The position numbers and the translations under genes are program-made. Source: Oscillospiraceae bacterium (GTDB taxonomy: Bacteria; Bacillota; Clostridia; UMGS1840). Taken from it: a stretch of 64,000 bases of DNA. Shown one piece after another: positions 18,999 to 29,276 of the stretch; the first letter of the stretch is position 1; each line of letters begins with the position of its first letter. Location of the stretch: NCBI GenBank assembly GCA_015068645.1, contig SVKD01000001.1, positions 65,877-129,876 on the forward strand, in the 5' to 3' direction. Under the pieces are notes generated by a model that saw only the letters and a list, made by a program, of their open reading frames with translations, did no database searches and had not been told where the DNA came from.

Positions 18999-19044
18999 AT
19001 GTTCGAAGTACGATACATTCTTTTATGAATTTCCTCAAAAAATA

Positions 19045-19073
19045 TTGCACTTTACTAAGAAATGTGTTATACT
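19045..19073 (+). promoter_or_regulatory. Sigma-A-type promoter candidate for polC
   Basis: TTGCAC (19045-19050), a 17-nt spacer ending in TGt, then TATACT (19068-19073). Confidence 0.5.
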
Positions 19074-19106
19074 GAAAAGGTAACGAAATGTGGTTGGAGA
19101 GGAATT

Positions 19107-22100
19107 ATGAATTTAGTAGAAATTTTTGGTCAAGCACCGGAAGTAATCAAATATAAAGAGTTATTATCCGAAGGAAAACTTCAGGATTTTACAGTTTATC
19201 AGGAACAAAAGAAAATTGAAACCATCGTATTTTTCCCTCAGATTATTTCAAAACAATTGATTTTTAATATTGCTAAAAGTATTCGAGAAGCTTATGGGTT
19301 ATCTGTTATCAAATTATTTGTCCGTTATCCGGAAGATTTGTTTTCGTCTGCCTACTATTCGGAAATTTTAACCTACATTTCTTTGAAAATACCCGGTGTC
19401 AAACAGTTCATAGAGAATTCGTCTGCAACTTTTCACAACGGAGTTCTTGAAATTCAATTAGCGGGGACCGGAGCTGAATTGCTTTTGCATAACGGCGTGG
19501 GAGAAGAAATCAAAAAAATGATTTTGGAAGAATTTTCGATAGAAATTGACGTCATTTTTCGCGACGGCATTGAAGTTTCTCTTGCGCAACCTGAGGAGTA
19601 CATTGAAAAGCGTGCAGAAAGTATTCGTGAAACGATTGCTACCGAAATGGAAGAAACGCTGAAAGAACTTTCTGAAAAGAAAAAAAGCCCTATTGTAATG
19701 GGGAAAGAAATTAAAGGGAATGTTGTATCAATAGCCTCGCTCAATTCTGAAACCGGTCGGGTTATTATTATGGCAGAAGTTTTTCATATGGAAGACAGGG
19801 AAACCAGAAATGGCTTTATGGCTCTCAATATGGATGTAACCGACGGGACATCATCTGTTACCATAAAAAAATTGTTTACCAAAGAAGAATATGCAGGATT
19901 TACAGATAGGGTAAAAGTTGGATCATATTTAAAAATCCGCGGTGAAACAATGTATGATAAGTATTTGCGGGATTTTGTGATTAATCCTTATGATATTATG
20001 CTGGAAGAGAAAGAAGTTCGTATGGATTATGCCGAAGAAAAACGTGTAGAACTTCATCTTCACACGAAAATGTCTGCTGTTGATGGTGTTTCAGATGTGG
20101 AAGCACTAATTGATGCTGCAGCAAAATGGGGACATAAAGCCATCGCAATTACAGACCACGGCGTTCTTCAGGCTTATCCGGAAGCTTATTTGCATGTTAA
20201 AAAGAAAAAATTAGATATTAAATTATTATTCGGTGTGGAATGTTATTTACTGGATGATTTAGCAGAAATTTATCAGGGAGATGAAAAGTCCCTGGATACC
20301 GAATATGTTATTTTCGATTTAGAAACTACAGGACTTTCTCCTGAAACCGAACGAATTACCGAAATCGGTGCGGTGAAAATGAAAAACGGGGAAGTGGTAG
20401 ATCGTTTCTCCGAATTTGTAAACCCGAGAAAACAATTAACTCCTGAAATTTCTCAATTAACCGGAATTACCGATGATATGCTGATTGATAAACCGGATGA
20501 GACGGTAATAATTCCAAAATTTATGGAATTTGTTGGGGATGCAGTATTAGTAGCTCATAACGCAAATTTTGATATGAGCTTTATTTATGCTGTTTGTGAA
20601 CGGTTAAGCATCCCTGTGAAAAACGGTTACTTAGATACTTTGGATCTGGCTCGAAGAGTATTTCCTGATTTAAGAAACCATAAGCTAGATACTTTAGCAA
20701 AGGAAACCAATGTCAGATTAGAAGGGCATCACCGAGCTGTAAATGATGCAGAAGCGCTTTATGGCATATTCCTTGTTCTGTTAGAAAAAGTAAAAGAAGC
20801 AGGGATTGAAACTCTTTGGGGAATGAATACAAAGCTCACAAAAAACACCGAAAATTTACGTCCGTATCACGGTATCATTTTGGTGAAAAATAAAACAGGA
20901 TTATTAAATCTTTATAAATTGGTAACAAATTCCAACTTACTTCATTATAAGAAAAGACCGCGTATGTTAAAAAGTGAACTGCAAATTATGCACGAAGGAT
21001 TAATTTACGGCAGTGCATGTGAAGCAGGAGAATTGTATCAGGCAATCCGTGGTGGTGCTTCAAAAGCAAATATTGAAAAAATTGCTAATTTTTATGATTT
21101 TTTGGAAGTACAACCATTGGGAAATAATGAATTCATGGTTGACAACGGCCAACACACCCAAGCCGATTTAATTCGTTTTAATAAAGAAATTATTGAACTT
21201 GGTAAAAAATTTGAGAAGCCTGTTGTGGCAACCGGAGACGTTCATTTCTTAAATCCCGAAGACAGTGCTTATCGAAAAATTTTAATGTATGGCCACGGTT
21301 TTAAGGATGCAGATAAACAGGCTCCCTTATACCTAAGAACCACCGAAGAAATGCTGGAGGAATTTTGGTATCTGGATGAAGAAACAAAAAAGGAGATTGT
21401 AATTAACAATCCCAATTTAATTGCTGATTGGTGCGATGATGAGATTATTCCGATTCCCAAAGAAAAGCACCCGCCCGTCATTCCCGGATCCGAAGATGAA
21501 CTTCGTCAAATGACTTATGATAGAGCCAAAGAAATTTACGGAGATGATTTACCGCAGTTGGTACGTGAGCGAATGGATAAGGAATTAAATTCCATTATCA
21601 CAAATGGTTTCTCAGTAATGTATATTATTGCGCAGAAATTGGTAAAAAAATCTTTACAGGACGGATATTTGGTCGGTTCCCGAGGATCTGTCGGTTCATC
21701 GTTTGTTGCATTTTTATCAGGAATAACTGAGGTAAATGCACTTTGTGCACATTATATCTGCGAAAATCCTGATTGTAAATACTCTGAATTTTTTACGAAC
21801 GGCGAATACAATTCAGGTTACGATATGCCGGAAAAAAACTGTCCTCATTGCGGAAGACGCTTAAAACAGGACGGTCACGATATTCCTTTTGAAACCTTCT
21901 TAGGTTTTAACGGTGATAAAGAACCTGATATTGACTTGAATTTTTCAGGAGATTATCAGCCCATTATCCATAAATATTGCGAAGAAATTTTTGGCGAAGG
22001 CCATGTGTTCCGTGCCGGAACTATTTCTACCATTGCAGAGAAAAATGCGATGGGATATGTAAGAAAATATGTAGAAGAAAAGAATCTTTCTGTTCATTCT

Positions 22101-23348
22101 GCAGAAATGAGACGTCTTGCCAAAGGATGTGAAGGTGTTAAGAAAACAACTGGACAACATCCCGGTGGGGTTATGATTGTACCAAAAGAAAATGAAGTGT
22201 TTGAATTCTGTCCTATTGCACATCCTGCAGATGATGCAAACAGCGATATTGTCACCACACACTTTGCTTACACCTACTTACACGATTGTCTGCTGAAGCT
22301 TGACTTGTTAGGACACGATGATCCGACAATGATTCGTATGTTAAAAGATTTAACAGGATTAGATCCACAGAGCATTCCGCTGGAAGACAAGGATACCATG
22401 TCGTTGTTTACCGGAACCGACGCCTTAGGTGTAACTGCCGAAGATATCAACTCCACGGTTGGTACTTTTGGTGTACCTGAATTTGGTACAAAATTTGTCC
22501 GACAGATGTTAGTGGATACCAAACCTACCACATTTTCAGAACTGGTTCGAATATCAGGGCTTTCTCACGGTACAGATGTATGGCTGAATAATGCTCAGGA
22601 TTTAATTAATTCAGGCACTACAACCTTAAAAGAAGCAATTTGTACCCGTGACGATATTATGACCTATCTGATTTATAAAAATTTACCGCCCAAAACGGCA
22701 TTTACCATTATGGAAAGCGTTCGTAAAGGAAAAGGGTTGAATGATGAATGGGAAGCAATTATGCGTGAACATGATGTTCCTGAATGGTATATTGACAGTT
22801 GTAAGAAAATTAAGTATATGTTCCCGAAGGCTCATGCAGTTGCTTATGTAACCATGGCTTTCAGAATTGCATATTATAAAGTTCATCATCCATTAGCTTA
22901 TTATGCTACTTATTTTACCGTAAGGGCTGATGATTTTGATGCTGACATTATGGTTGGCGATAAAGTAATTCCAAAAATCAAAGAATATGAAGCAATTGGT
23001 CCGGATGCCAATGCCAAAGAAAAGAATATCCTGACTATTTTGGAAATGTGTAATGAAATGCAGAAACGTGGTTTTAAGTTTTTGCCTGTTGATTTATACC
23101 GTTCAGATTCTTCGAAATTTTTAATTGAAGAAAATGCATTGCGTTTACCGTTTACCGCAATTAAAGGACTGGGAGAAACGGCAGCAGAAACTATTGTAGA
23201 AGCGAGAAAACAAGGAGATTTCTTTACAAAAGAAGATTTGTTGGATCGTACTAAAATATCCAAAACTATTTTGGAACAAATGGACCAGATGGGTTGCACC
23301 AAAGGATTACCCGATTCTCCTCAGATGAGCTTATTTGATTTTGTGTAA
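19107..23348 (+). CDS. polC: DNA polymerase III PolC-type (PHP, 3'-5' exonuclease insert, polymerase core)
   Basis: About 1413 aa. PHP motif VELHLHTKMS, DEDDh exonuclease motifs (VIFDLETTGL, HNANFDMSF, HRAVNDAE), and the zinc finger CENPDCKYSE...CPHCG. Start set at ATG 19107 (GGAGAGG RBS) instead of ORF-track 19062. Confidence 0.95.
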   Translation: MNLVEIFGQAPEVIKYKELLSEGKLQDFTVYQEQKKIETIVFFPQIISKQLIFNIAKSIREAYGLSVIKLFVRYPEDLFSSAYYSEILTYISLKIPGVKQFIENSSATFHNGVLEIQLAGTGAELLLHNGVGEEIKKMILEEFSIEIDVIFRDGIEVSLAQPEEYIEKRAESIRETIATEMEETLKELSEKKKSPIVMGKEIKGNVVSIASLNSETGRVIIMAEVFHMEDRETRNGFMALNMDVTDGTSSVTIKKLFTKEEYAGFTDRVKVGSYLKIRGETMYDKYLRDFVINPYDIMLEEKEVRMDYAEEKRVELHLHTKMSAVDGVSDVEALIDAAAKWGHKAIAITDHGVLQAYPEAYLHVKKKKLDIKLLFGVECYLLDDLAEIYQGDEKSLDTEYVIFDLETTGLSPETERITEIGAVKMKNGEVVDRFSEFVNPRKQLTPEISQLTGITDDMLIDKPDETVIIPKFMEFVGDAVLVAHNANFDMSFIYAVCERLSIPVKNGYLDTLDLARRVFPDLRNHKLDTLAKETNVRLEGHHRAVNDAEALYGIFLVLLEKVKEAGIETLWGMNTKLTKNTENLRPYHGIILVKNKTGLLNLYKLVTNSNLLHYKKRPRMLKSELQIMHEGLIYGSACEAGELYQAIRGGASKANIEKIANFYDFLEVQPLGNNEFMVDNGQHTQADLIRFNKEIIELGKKFEKPVVATGDVHFLNPEDSAYRKILMYGHGFKDADKQAPLYLRTTEEMLEEFWYLDEETKKEIVINNPNLIADWCDDEIIPIPKEKHPPVIPGSEDELRQMTYDRAKEIYGDDLPQLVRERMDKELNSIITNGFSVMYIIAQKLVKKSLQDGYLVGSRGSVGSSFVAFLSGITEVNALCAHYICENPDCKYSEFFTNGEYNSGYDMPEKNCPHCGRRLKQDGHDIPFETFLGFNGDKEPDIDLNFSGDYQPIIHKYCEEIFGEGHVFRAGTISTIAEKNAMGYVRKYVEEKNLSVHSAEMRRLAKGCEGVKKTTGQHPGGVMIVPKENEVFEFCPIAHPADDANSDIVTTHFAYTYLHDCLLKLDLLGHDDPTMIRMLKDLTGLDPQSIPLEDKDTMSLFTGTDALGVTAEDINSTVGTFGVPEFGTKFVRQMLVDTKPTTFSELVRISGLSHGTDVWLNNAQDLINSGTTTLKEAICTRDDIMTYLIYKNLPPKTAFTIMESVRKGKGLNDEWEAIMREHDVPEWYIDSCKKIKYMFPKAHAVAYVTMAFRIAYYKVHHPLAYYATYFTVRADDFDADIMVGDKVIPKIKEYEAIGPDANAKEKNILTILEMCNEMQKRGFKFLPVDLYRSDSSKFLIEENALRLPFTAIKGLGETAAETIVEARKQGDFFTKEDLLDRTKISKTILEQMDQMGCTKGLPDSPQMSLFDFV

Positions 23349-23357
23349 GGATTGTAA

Positions 23358-23927
23358 ATGAATATGCTAAAAAACGCTGTTGAACTATCACATTTTTATT
23401 TAAAACAATTTTTAAAAGAAGGTTCATTTGTTGTGGATGCTACCTGCGGAAATGGCGGCGATACTCTTTTTTTGGCAGAAATTGTCGGAGAAAACGGTCT
23501 TGTTTATGGCTTTGATATCCAAAAGGATGCAATCGAAAACACAAAAATTCGATTAGAAAATGTATCCCTATCCAACCGAGTTCAATTATTTCAAGACGGA
23601 CATGAAAATATGGAAAAATACCTTGGTTGCAAAATGGCTGATGCATTTGTATTTAATTTAGGATATCTGCCAAAAGGAGACCATGCACTTCATACCAAGC
23701 CTGATACAACAATTATTGCCATTCAAACAGCTTTGAAACACCTGAATAAAGAGGGGATTATTGCAGTCAGTATCTATCATGGCGGTGACAGCGGATACGA
23801 AGAACGGGACAGTGTACTTTCTTATTTGGAGACGTTAGATAAGCACAATTATAATGTAATTATTCATCATTATTCCAACAAACCAAATGATCCGCCGATT
23901 TTGGCTGTAATTTGCCATAATCATTAA
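23358..23927 (+). CDS. mnmM: Class I SAM-dependent methyltransferase, YtqB/MnmM family (tRNA mnm5s2U34 methyltransferase-like)
   Basis: 189 aa. SAM motif VVDATCGNGGDTLFLA and a C-terminal SIYHGGDSGYEE..VL.YL..L pattern typical of the YtqB family. Confidence 0.6.
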   Translation: MNMLKNAVELSHFYLKQFLKEGSFVVDATCGNGGDTLFLAEIVGENGLVYGFDIQKDAIENTKIRLENVSLSNRVQLFQDGHENMEKYLGCKMADAFVFNLGYLPKGDHALHTKPDTTIIAIQTALKHLNKEGIIAVSIYHGGDSGYEERDSVLSYLETLDKHNYNVIIHHYSNKPNDPPILAVICHNH

Positions 23928-23957
23928 AATTTTATAAGAAAGGGCAGGGGAGACTGC

Positions 23958-24716
23958 ATGATTATTGATAGCCACAGTCACTATGATGATGAACGTTTTG
24001 ATATTGACCGTGAAGAATTATTACTAGGTTTAAAACAGAAAAACGTGGAAAAAATTATCAATGTAGGATACAATTTAGAATCTAGTAAACGTGCTGTACA
24101 ATTTTCAAATACTTACGATTTTTGTTATGCTGCAGTTGGTTTTCATCCCAGTGATGCTGCAGATTGTTCTGAAGATGCTCTAACCGAGCTGATTGAACTG
24201 ACCAAAGACCCTAAGGTGGTATGTTGGGGTGAAATCGGACTGGACTATCATTATGATAACATTGATAAAGAGCAACAAAAAGAAGTATTCATTCGACAAA
24301 TGGAAATTGCCAGAAATTTACAAATCCCAGTGGCAATTCATACCAGAGATGCTATGGCTGATACATTGGAAATTGTAAAAAAATGCCAAACCAATGGTGT
24401 GTTTCATTGTTATTCAGGAAGTCTGGAAATTGCTAAGGAATTGGTAAAGATTGGATATTATATTTCGTTTTCAGGAACTGTAACCTATAAGAATGCAAAA
24501 AATGTAAAAGAAGTTGCCAAATGGATTCCTGCAGATAAATATTTAATTGAAACGGATTGTCCGTATCTGTCGCCGGAGCCTGTGCGAGGAACCCGAAATG
24601 ATTCGTCCAATTTAAACTATACTGCACAACATATTGCAGAACTTCGAAATATTCCTGTAGAACAGGTTATCAGAGAAACCAATGAAAATACAAAGCGTCT
24701 ATTCGGTATCATATAA
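23958..24716 (+). CDS. tatD: TatD family metal-dependent hydrolase (DNase)
   Basis: Motifs IDSHSHYDD, GEIGLDYHY, IHTRDA and ETDCPYL; 252 aa. Confidence 0.85.
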   Translation: MIIDSHSHYDDERFDIDREELLLGLKQKNVEKIINVGYNLESSKRAVQFSNTYDFCYAAVGFHPSDAADCSEDALTELIELTKDPKVVCWGEIGLDYHYDNIDKEQQKEVFIRQMEIARNLQIPVAIHTRDAMADTLEIVKKCQTNGVFHCYSGSLEIAKELVKIGYYISFSGTVTYKNAKNVKEVAKWIPADKYLIETDCPYLSPEPVRGTRNDSSNLNYTAQHIAELRNIPVEQVIRETNENTKRLFGII

Positions 24717-25050
24717 AATTTTTCTATTCGATTCTCACGCACAGAAAATATTTGTATGATATAGGATTATATTGAAAATTTTCGAGAAATGGTGATACAA
24801 CTAAAATTGATGAAAATGATTTAATAGAATTGTTTGCTTGTAAATGACAAACAAAAGGTTATTATAAAAGCTATCAAAACCATTGTAAATACAATAAAAT
24901 AGCTTTATATGAGATTTCTTTTTAATTTTTCTGTAAAACACCGCCCTAATTTAAACAAAATTTTTATTTTGTTGAGTAAATTATTGAATTCTTTGGATAG
25001 GTATTTAGAAAGCTTTTTAGAAAACACGAATACTTCCCCAGCATCAATAT

Positions 25051-25083
25051 AAAAAAACTACCCAGATTAAGGGTAGTTTTTTT
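25051..25083. terminator. Bidirectional terminator-like hairpin between convergent tatD and metallophosphoesterase genes
   Basis: AAAAAAACTACCC / GGGTAGTTTTTTT with a 7-nt loop. The A-run and T-run flanks allow function on both strands. Confidence 0.6.
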
Positions 25084-25096
25084 ATAAATAATGATT

Positions 25097-26653
25097 CTAA
25101 TATGAAATAACTCTATCGTTACCGGCACCATACGCAAACGAATAAATAATATTATCAGTTAAATCAATTATATAAAATGTAACCGACGTATCTTTTGCTG
25201 TATTTGCTACTTTTTTGATTTCTTTGGCAACATAATCACCGTTATTTGGATATGCTGTAGCTTTTGCTCCGTAAAAAGCAGTATTAGGAGTAGACACTCT
25301 TACAATATCGGTAGTAAATCGCTCCCCTTCCATATTGGTATAAGCTAATGTGCCATAGCAATCGTTATGTAAGTGCCCATGAATATTTCCGATAATTTTC
25401 GCTTGATTTTGGCCAGCGTAATTGTAAGTGAGCGTCTTTTGGGAAATGGTATCATCATGAATAGTTTTCCATTGGGGATTAACTTGAATGGTATAAGAAC
25501 CACCTTCTTCATATGCTTTTAAGATACCTATAATATCTTTAGTAACGTCATAATCGTTAAATTTAGCACTTTTATAGTAAAAATCCAAAGGAATATGGGA
25601 TAAAATCAGAATTTTCCATTCCGAAGCATCTTCTTTCTGAGACAAATCAAGAGATTTCATTAAAAAGTCACGTTGTTCGTAGGAAATTCCATAGCTACCA
25701 GTTCCATTCAGATAATCACAAGTATTTAAAGCAATCACTCTTACCTTTTTATCAGGAAGATCAGTATAACCATAGGAACGTTTTGGATTCAAACCCGTTT
25801 CATCAAATTGATTATACTGTCCGATTGCAGTCCATTGTCTGATATGATCATTGGTTTGATCGTGATTACCAATCAGTTGCATACCGAAATTGTGATAGTT
25901 TGCAACAAATTGAAAAGCCTCAGTGGTATAGACACTTCCGGAGTAACTATCGTAAGAATCAATGTTATTTTTCCAAGTCGTGTCACCTAAATGCACTATA
26001 AAATCACAACCAATATCATGACCCACTGAATTTAACGCATAAATCCCATGTGACAAACTTTCTTTTAGCATTGCTTCTTCAGAAATCCCAAATCCGATAT
26101 GTGAATCGGACATTACCCCCAATCCCAAAAACTTATGATCACTTTTTTCTTCGTATAAATTATAAATATTTTGGGTAACTCTTTGTGCTTCTTCGTAATA
26201 ATAGTCAGGAATATTTATAAGTGAAGACCATGCGTTAGTACGACCGGATGTTACAGCCATAGGCTTCAACTCATTATTTCGATCAAATAACATCACTTTG
26301 GTTTTCACTAATTTTTCATCCACATCATTAAGATCTAAAATCACAGAAAGCCGATGTTCCTGAGAAGATTGAAAGGGTTTATCTAATAAAAGCGTTTCAT
26401 ATTGTACATCCAACAGTTTGTTTGTCCCAAATTCATAAATCGCTTTATATGCATCCAGTTCATAGGAATTTTGAGAACCTTTTTCTCCCTGTAATATCAA
26501 TCGGATTTTCATTACTGCATTTTTCGGTTCTTCCGCATAATCAAAGCAATAGGATACGGTATTACAAACAGATGCAGAAGAAGCTGAAACACTTCCGCAT
26601 ATCAAAAAACTGTATAAAATACTAAGAAGGATAATAAAAGTTTTTTTGGTCAT
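25097..26653 (-). CDS. Secreted metallophosphoesterase (calcineurin-like) with N-terminal accessory domain
   Basis: Signal peptide MTKKTFIILLSILYSFLICGSVSA. Phosphoesterase motifs MSDSHIG, HLGDTTW, GNHD, LSHIPL and GHLHND. Confidence 0.75.
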   Translation of the reverse strand: MTKKTFIILLSILYSFLICGSVSASSASVCNTVSYCFDYAEEPKNAVMKIRLILQGEKGSQNSYELDAYKAIYEFGTNKLLDVQYETLLLDKPFQSSQEHRLSVILDLNDVDEKLVKTKVMLFDRNNELKPMAVTSGRTNAWSSLINIPDYYYEEAQRVTQNIYNLYEEKSDHKFLGLGVMSDSHIGFGISEEAMLKESLSHGIYALNSVGHDIGCDFIVHLGDTTWKNNIDSYDSYSGSVYTTEAFQFVANYHNFGMQLIGNHDQTNDHIRQWTAIGQYNQFDETGLNPKRSYGYTDLPDKKVRVIALNTCDYLNGTGSYGISYEQRDFLMKSLDLSQKEDASEWKILILSHIPLDFYYKSAKFNDYDVTKDIIGILKAYEEGGSYTIQVNPQWKTIHDDTISQKTLTYNYAGQNQAKIIGNIHGHLHNDCYGTLAYTNMEGERFTTDIVRVSTPNTAFYGAKATAYPNNGDYVAKEIKKVANTAKDTSVTFYIIDLTDNIIYSFAYGAGNDRVISY

Positions 26654-26677
26654 AACAGTTACAATGCCTTTCTGGAA

Positions 26678-26872
26678 TTATTGTTTTTTCCCCAGTTTTA
26701 CTTTATTACCTTGTTCATCCATAATATAAGTCTGGTCTAAGGTTTGTTTTAAATTGCCGCGAAATGCTGCGATATATTCGTCACGCAGTTTTTTCTGTTC
26801 CAGTTTTTCTTCTTCGGTTAAACCGACTTCGCGGGATTTTTTTGCAAGTTCATTGATTCTTTGAATATTCAT
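26678..26872 (-). CDS. DUF896 / UPF0291 family small protein (YnzC-like)
   Basis: 64 aa. INELAKKSREVGLTEEEKLEQKKLRDEYIAAFRGNL matches the UPF0291 pattern. Confidence 0.7.
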   Translation of the reverse strand: MNIQRINELAKKSREVGLTEEEKLEQKKLRDEYIAAFRGNLKQTLDQTYIMDEQGNKVKLGKKQ

Positions 26873-26881
26873 TTTTACTCC

Positions 26882-27091
26882 TTACTCTTCTCCGATATAG
26901 GTAAAACGCTTTACTTCCCTGCCCTCGTGGATAACAGTTTCTTCCCACATGGATAACGGACGTACCCAAATGCCAAATTCACCGTATAAAGCACGGTAAA
27001 CTACCATTTCTTCTAAGGTTTCACTATGTTTCGCAATATAGAGCGCTTCGTATTCGTTGCCTTTAAAATGTCTGTATTTTCCAAGTTTCAT
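26882..27091 (-). CDS. DUF1653 domain protein
   Basis: 69 aa. GKYRHFKGNEYEALYIAKHSETLEEMVVYRALYG..WVRPLSMW matches the DUF1653 pattern. Confidence 0.7.
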   Translation of the reverse strand: MKLGKYRHFKGNEYEALYIAKHSETLEEMVVYRALYGEFGIWVRPLSMWEETVIHEGREVKRFTYIGEE

Positions 27092-27092
27092 G

Positions 27093-27707
27093 TTAATACC
27101 CCAATGATTCTTTCACTAAAACAACTTCGTATTCAGCACCGCTTGGTTTTGTCCAAAAAACAGAAAGAGCTCTGCAAATTCGTTCAGGGCTATTACAATT
27201 GTAGCACTTATCGGCATTTTTGGCACATGGTGTGTTACGGTTTAACCGTTTTGCGTTTAAGGGTGCTGATATGTTTCTTGCTCGAAATAACGCTGCTTCA
27301 AAATTAGGAGCAACTTTATTGGAACCGATTACCAAATAAACTTTATTGGGACCATATGTTGTTGCAGCCACACGGTTTCCTGTTCCGTCAATATTGATGA
27401 TATCTCCCTGCTCGGAAATTGCGTTGGCTGAACTAATATAAACTTCTGCCCGACTTGCCAAGGTTCTGGTTTCCATAACTGACAGGTTTTCCGGCTTTTT
27501 ATCGTGACAATATACTGTGTTGTGTGTAGATAATGCTTCCAGCAGATCCATTTCACGAAGTGTCACAGAACCGCCAACTCCAACGGTTTTTCCGTCAATG
27601 TTAGCATTTAAGTATTTTTTGGCATCTTCTTTTGTATCAAATACAGAAACAAAATACCCCTTTTTTTCCAGATTATTTTTTAGGTTGATAAAATCATATA
27701 TCATCAT
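27093..27707 (-). CDS. LUD-domain (YkgG/LutC-like) lactate utilization family protein
   Basis: GVGGSVTLREM and ISSANAISEQGDIINIDGTGNRV form the LUD core, with a Cys-rich C-terminus CAKNADKCYNCNSPERIC. Start set at ATG 27707 (AGGAG RBS 5 nt upstream) instead of 27758. Confidence 0.65.
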   Translation of the reverse strand: MMIYDFINLKNNLEKKGYFVSVFDTKEDAKKYLNANIDGKTVGVGGSVTLREMDLLEALSTHNTVYCHDKKPENLSVMETRTLASRAEVYISSANAISEQGDIINIDGTGNRVAATTYGPNKVYLVIGSNKVAPNFEAALFRARNISAPLNAKRLNRNTPCAKNADKCYNCNSPERICRALSVFWTKPSGAEYEVVLVKESLGY

Positions 27708-27796
27708 GATATCTCCTATAGAATTTGTTTTCATTTTATGATTATAACATTCTTTCAAAAAAAAATCAACAAAATATCACAAAAAACACATTAATA

Positions 27797-27834
27797 TAAA
27801 AAATCCTGTAATTTAACAATTACAGGATTTTTTT
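27797..27834 (-). terminator. Rho-independent terminator after NCS2 permease gene (bidirectional flanks)
   Basis: 11-bp perfect stem ATCCTGTAATT / AATTACAGGAT with a 4-nt loop, flanked by an A-run and a T-run. Confidence 0.7.
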
Positions 27835-27844
27835 ATAATCAGAT

Positions 27845-29200
27845 TTATGCAATTGTTGTGTAAATGTAAATTGCAAACAAAACAAGTGAAATCCACATAA
27901 TCGGTGAAATATCTTTCGCTTTTCCGGTTAAGATTTTTAAAATAACCCAGGATACAACAGCGAACATAATACCGGTTGCAATAGAATATGCAAAAGGCAT
28001 CATTACAATTGCCAGAAATCCGCCAATCGCATCTGCAACATCACTTTCAAAATCCATTTGTGTCACACTTGAGAGCATCAAAAGGCCAACGAAAATCATA
28101 GCAGGAGCAGTAGCGAATCCGGGAATTGCTAAGAAAATAGGAGCAAAAGGAATTGCGATTAAGAATAAGATCCCGGTGGTTAACGCAGTTAATCCGGTTC
28201 TGCCGCCTGCAGCAACACCGGCAGAAGATTCCACATAACTGGTAACAGTTGATGTACCAAGACATGCCCCTGCAACAGTACCAACAGCATCCGCCATTAA
28301 AGCACCACCTGCTTTCGGAAGTGAACCATCTTGTGCTAATAAGTCCCCTTTTTGTGCCACACCAATTAAAGTACCAACGGTATCAAAAATATCAGTATAA
28401 AGAAAGGTAAACATTACTACAGCAAAGGACATAAAGTTCTGCGCAATAAAAGCAAAATCAAATTGGAACAACGCAGGAGCAGCAAAATTGGATTTGATGG
28501 ATTCCCAAGAAAGCGAAGGTATCAGAGAGTATACCCCTGCTTCAATATCAACCACATACCAACCGATTAATTCTGCAATGATTCCCAATACCCATGTTGC
28601 CAAGATACCAATTAAAATATCGCCTTTTAATTTATAGTGGTGCAATGCTCCAATGATGATTAATCCTACAACTGCTAAAACAACCTGAGGGGAACCTAAA
28701 TTTCCTAAACCTACTAATGTAGAATCATTGTTTACAACAATACCTGCATTGATTAAAGCAATAATTGTGATAAATAAGCCAATACCGGCTGTGATGCCAA
28801 GTTTTAAATTTTTCGGAATTTTGTTTACCAAGGTTTCTCTGAATTTGAATACGGAAAGAATCATAAAGACGAAACCTTCAATTAAAATGGCCGTTAATGC
28901 CACTTTGTAGGAATATCCCATTCCAAGACAAACTGTGTATGTGAAAAATGCGTTCAATCCCATCCCGGATGCCAAAGCCACGGGGTAATTTGCAAAAAAA
29001 GCCATACAAATAGTTGCAATTGCTGCAGAAATTGCTGTTGCCATAAAGATAGCAGCGGGACCGGGACCGTCCGGAATAATTCCCAACATACCGGGATTCA
29101 CTGCTAAAATGTAAGACATTGCTAAAAAGGTGGTAATTCCGGCAATAATTTCAGTTTTGATATCAGTGCCATGCTCTTTGAGCTTAAAAAGTTTTTCCAT
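27845..29200 (-). CDS. NCS2-family nucleobase permease (adenine/guanine/hypoxanthine, AzgA/PbuG type)
   Basis: MEKLFKLKEHGTDIKTEIIAGITTFLAMSYILAVNP is the typical N-terminus; about 13 TM helices. Start set at ATG 29200 (GGAGG RBS 9 nt upstream). Confidence 0.85.
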   Translation of the reverse strand: MEKLFKLKEHGTDIKTEIIAGITTFLAMSYILAVNPGMLGIIPDGPGPAAIFMATAISAAIATICMAFFANYPVALASGMGLNAFFTYTVCLGMGYSYKVALTAILIEGFVFMILSVFKFRETLVNKIPKNLKLGITAGIGLFITIIALINAGIVVNNDSTLVGLGNLGSPQVVLAVVGLIIIGALHHYKLKGDILIGILATWVLGIIAELIGWYVVDIEAGVYSLIPSLSWESIKSNFAAPALFQFDFAFIAQNFMSFAVVMFTFLYTDIFDTVGTLIGVAQKGDLLAQDGSLPKAGGALMADAVGTVAGACLGTSTVTSYVESSAGVAAGGRTGLTALTTGILFLIAIPFAPIFLAIPGFATAPAMIFVGLLMLSSVTQMDFESDVADAIGGFLAIVMMPFAYSIATGIMFAVVSWVILKILTGKAKDISPIMWISLVLFAIYIYTTIA

Positions 29201-29276
29201 TTGTATCATCCTCCAATGTTTTTTTGTATTAAATAAAATTTATACAAAGTTAATTTAATATAGAAACACTTGTTAT

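Noticed and set aside
19062-19106. Long N-terminal extensions of several ORF-track calls (polC 19062, ttcA 2190, BSH 8920, LUD 27758, SLH 31214, trxB 38753, deacetylase 46411, tnpV 59494, orphan 62342)
   Set aside because: Each has an internal ATG with a proper Shine-Dalgarno at 5-10 nt spacing that restores the canonical family N-terminus or signal peptide. The extensions overlap terminators or upstream genes.
21945-23302. Antisense ORFs inside polC (for example 21945..22262, 22910..23302; 105-130 aa)
   Set aside because: They sit entirely within a strongly supported 1413-aa polC frame, with no RBS and biased composition. Such ORFs are typical of low-GC antisense frames.
24780-24815. Tiny ORF (MVIQLKLMKMI) in the 380-bp tatD-downstream gap
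   Set aside because: It is only 11 codons with no Shine-Dalgarno and no supporting structure.
29210-29276. Expected purine riboswitch upstream of the NCS2 nucleobase permease
   Set aside because: Only 76 nt separate the revised start (ATG 29200) from the upstream gene. That stretch is AT-rich and shows none of the conserved purine-riboswitch junction or loop sequences that I can recognise.
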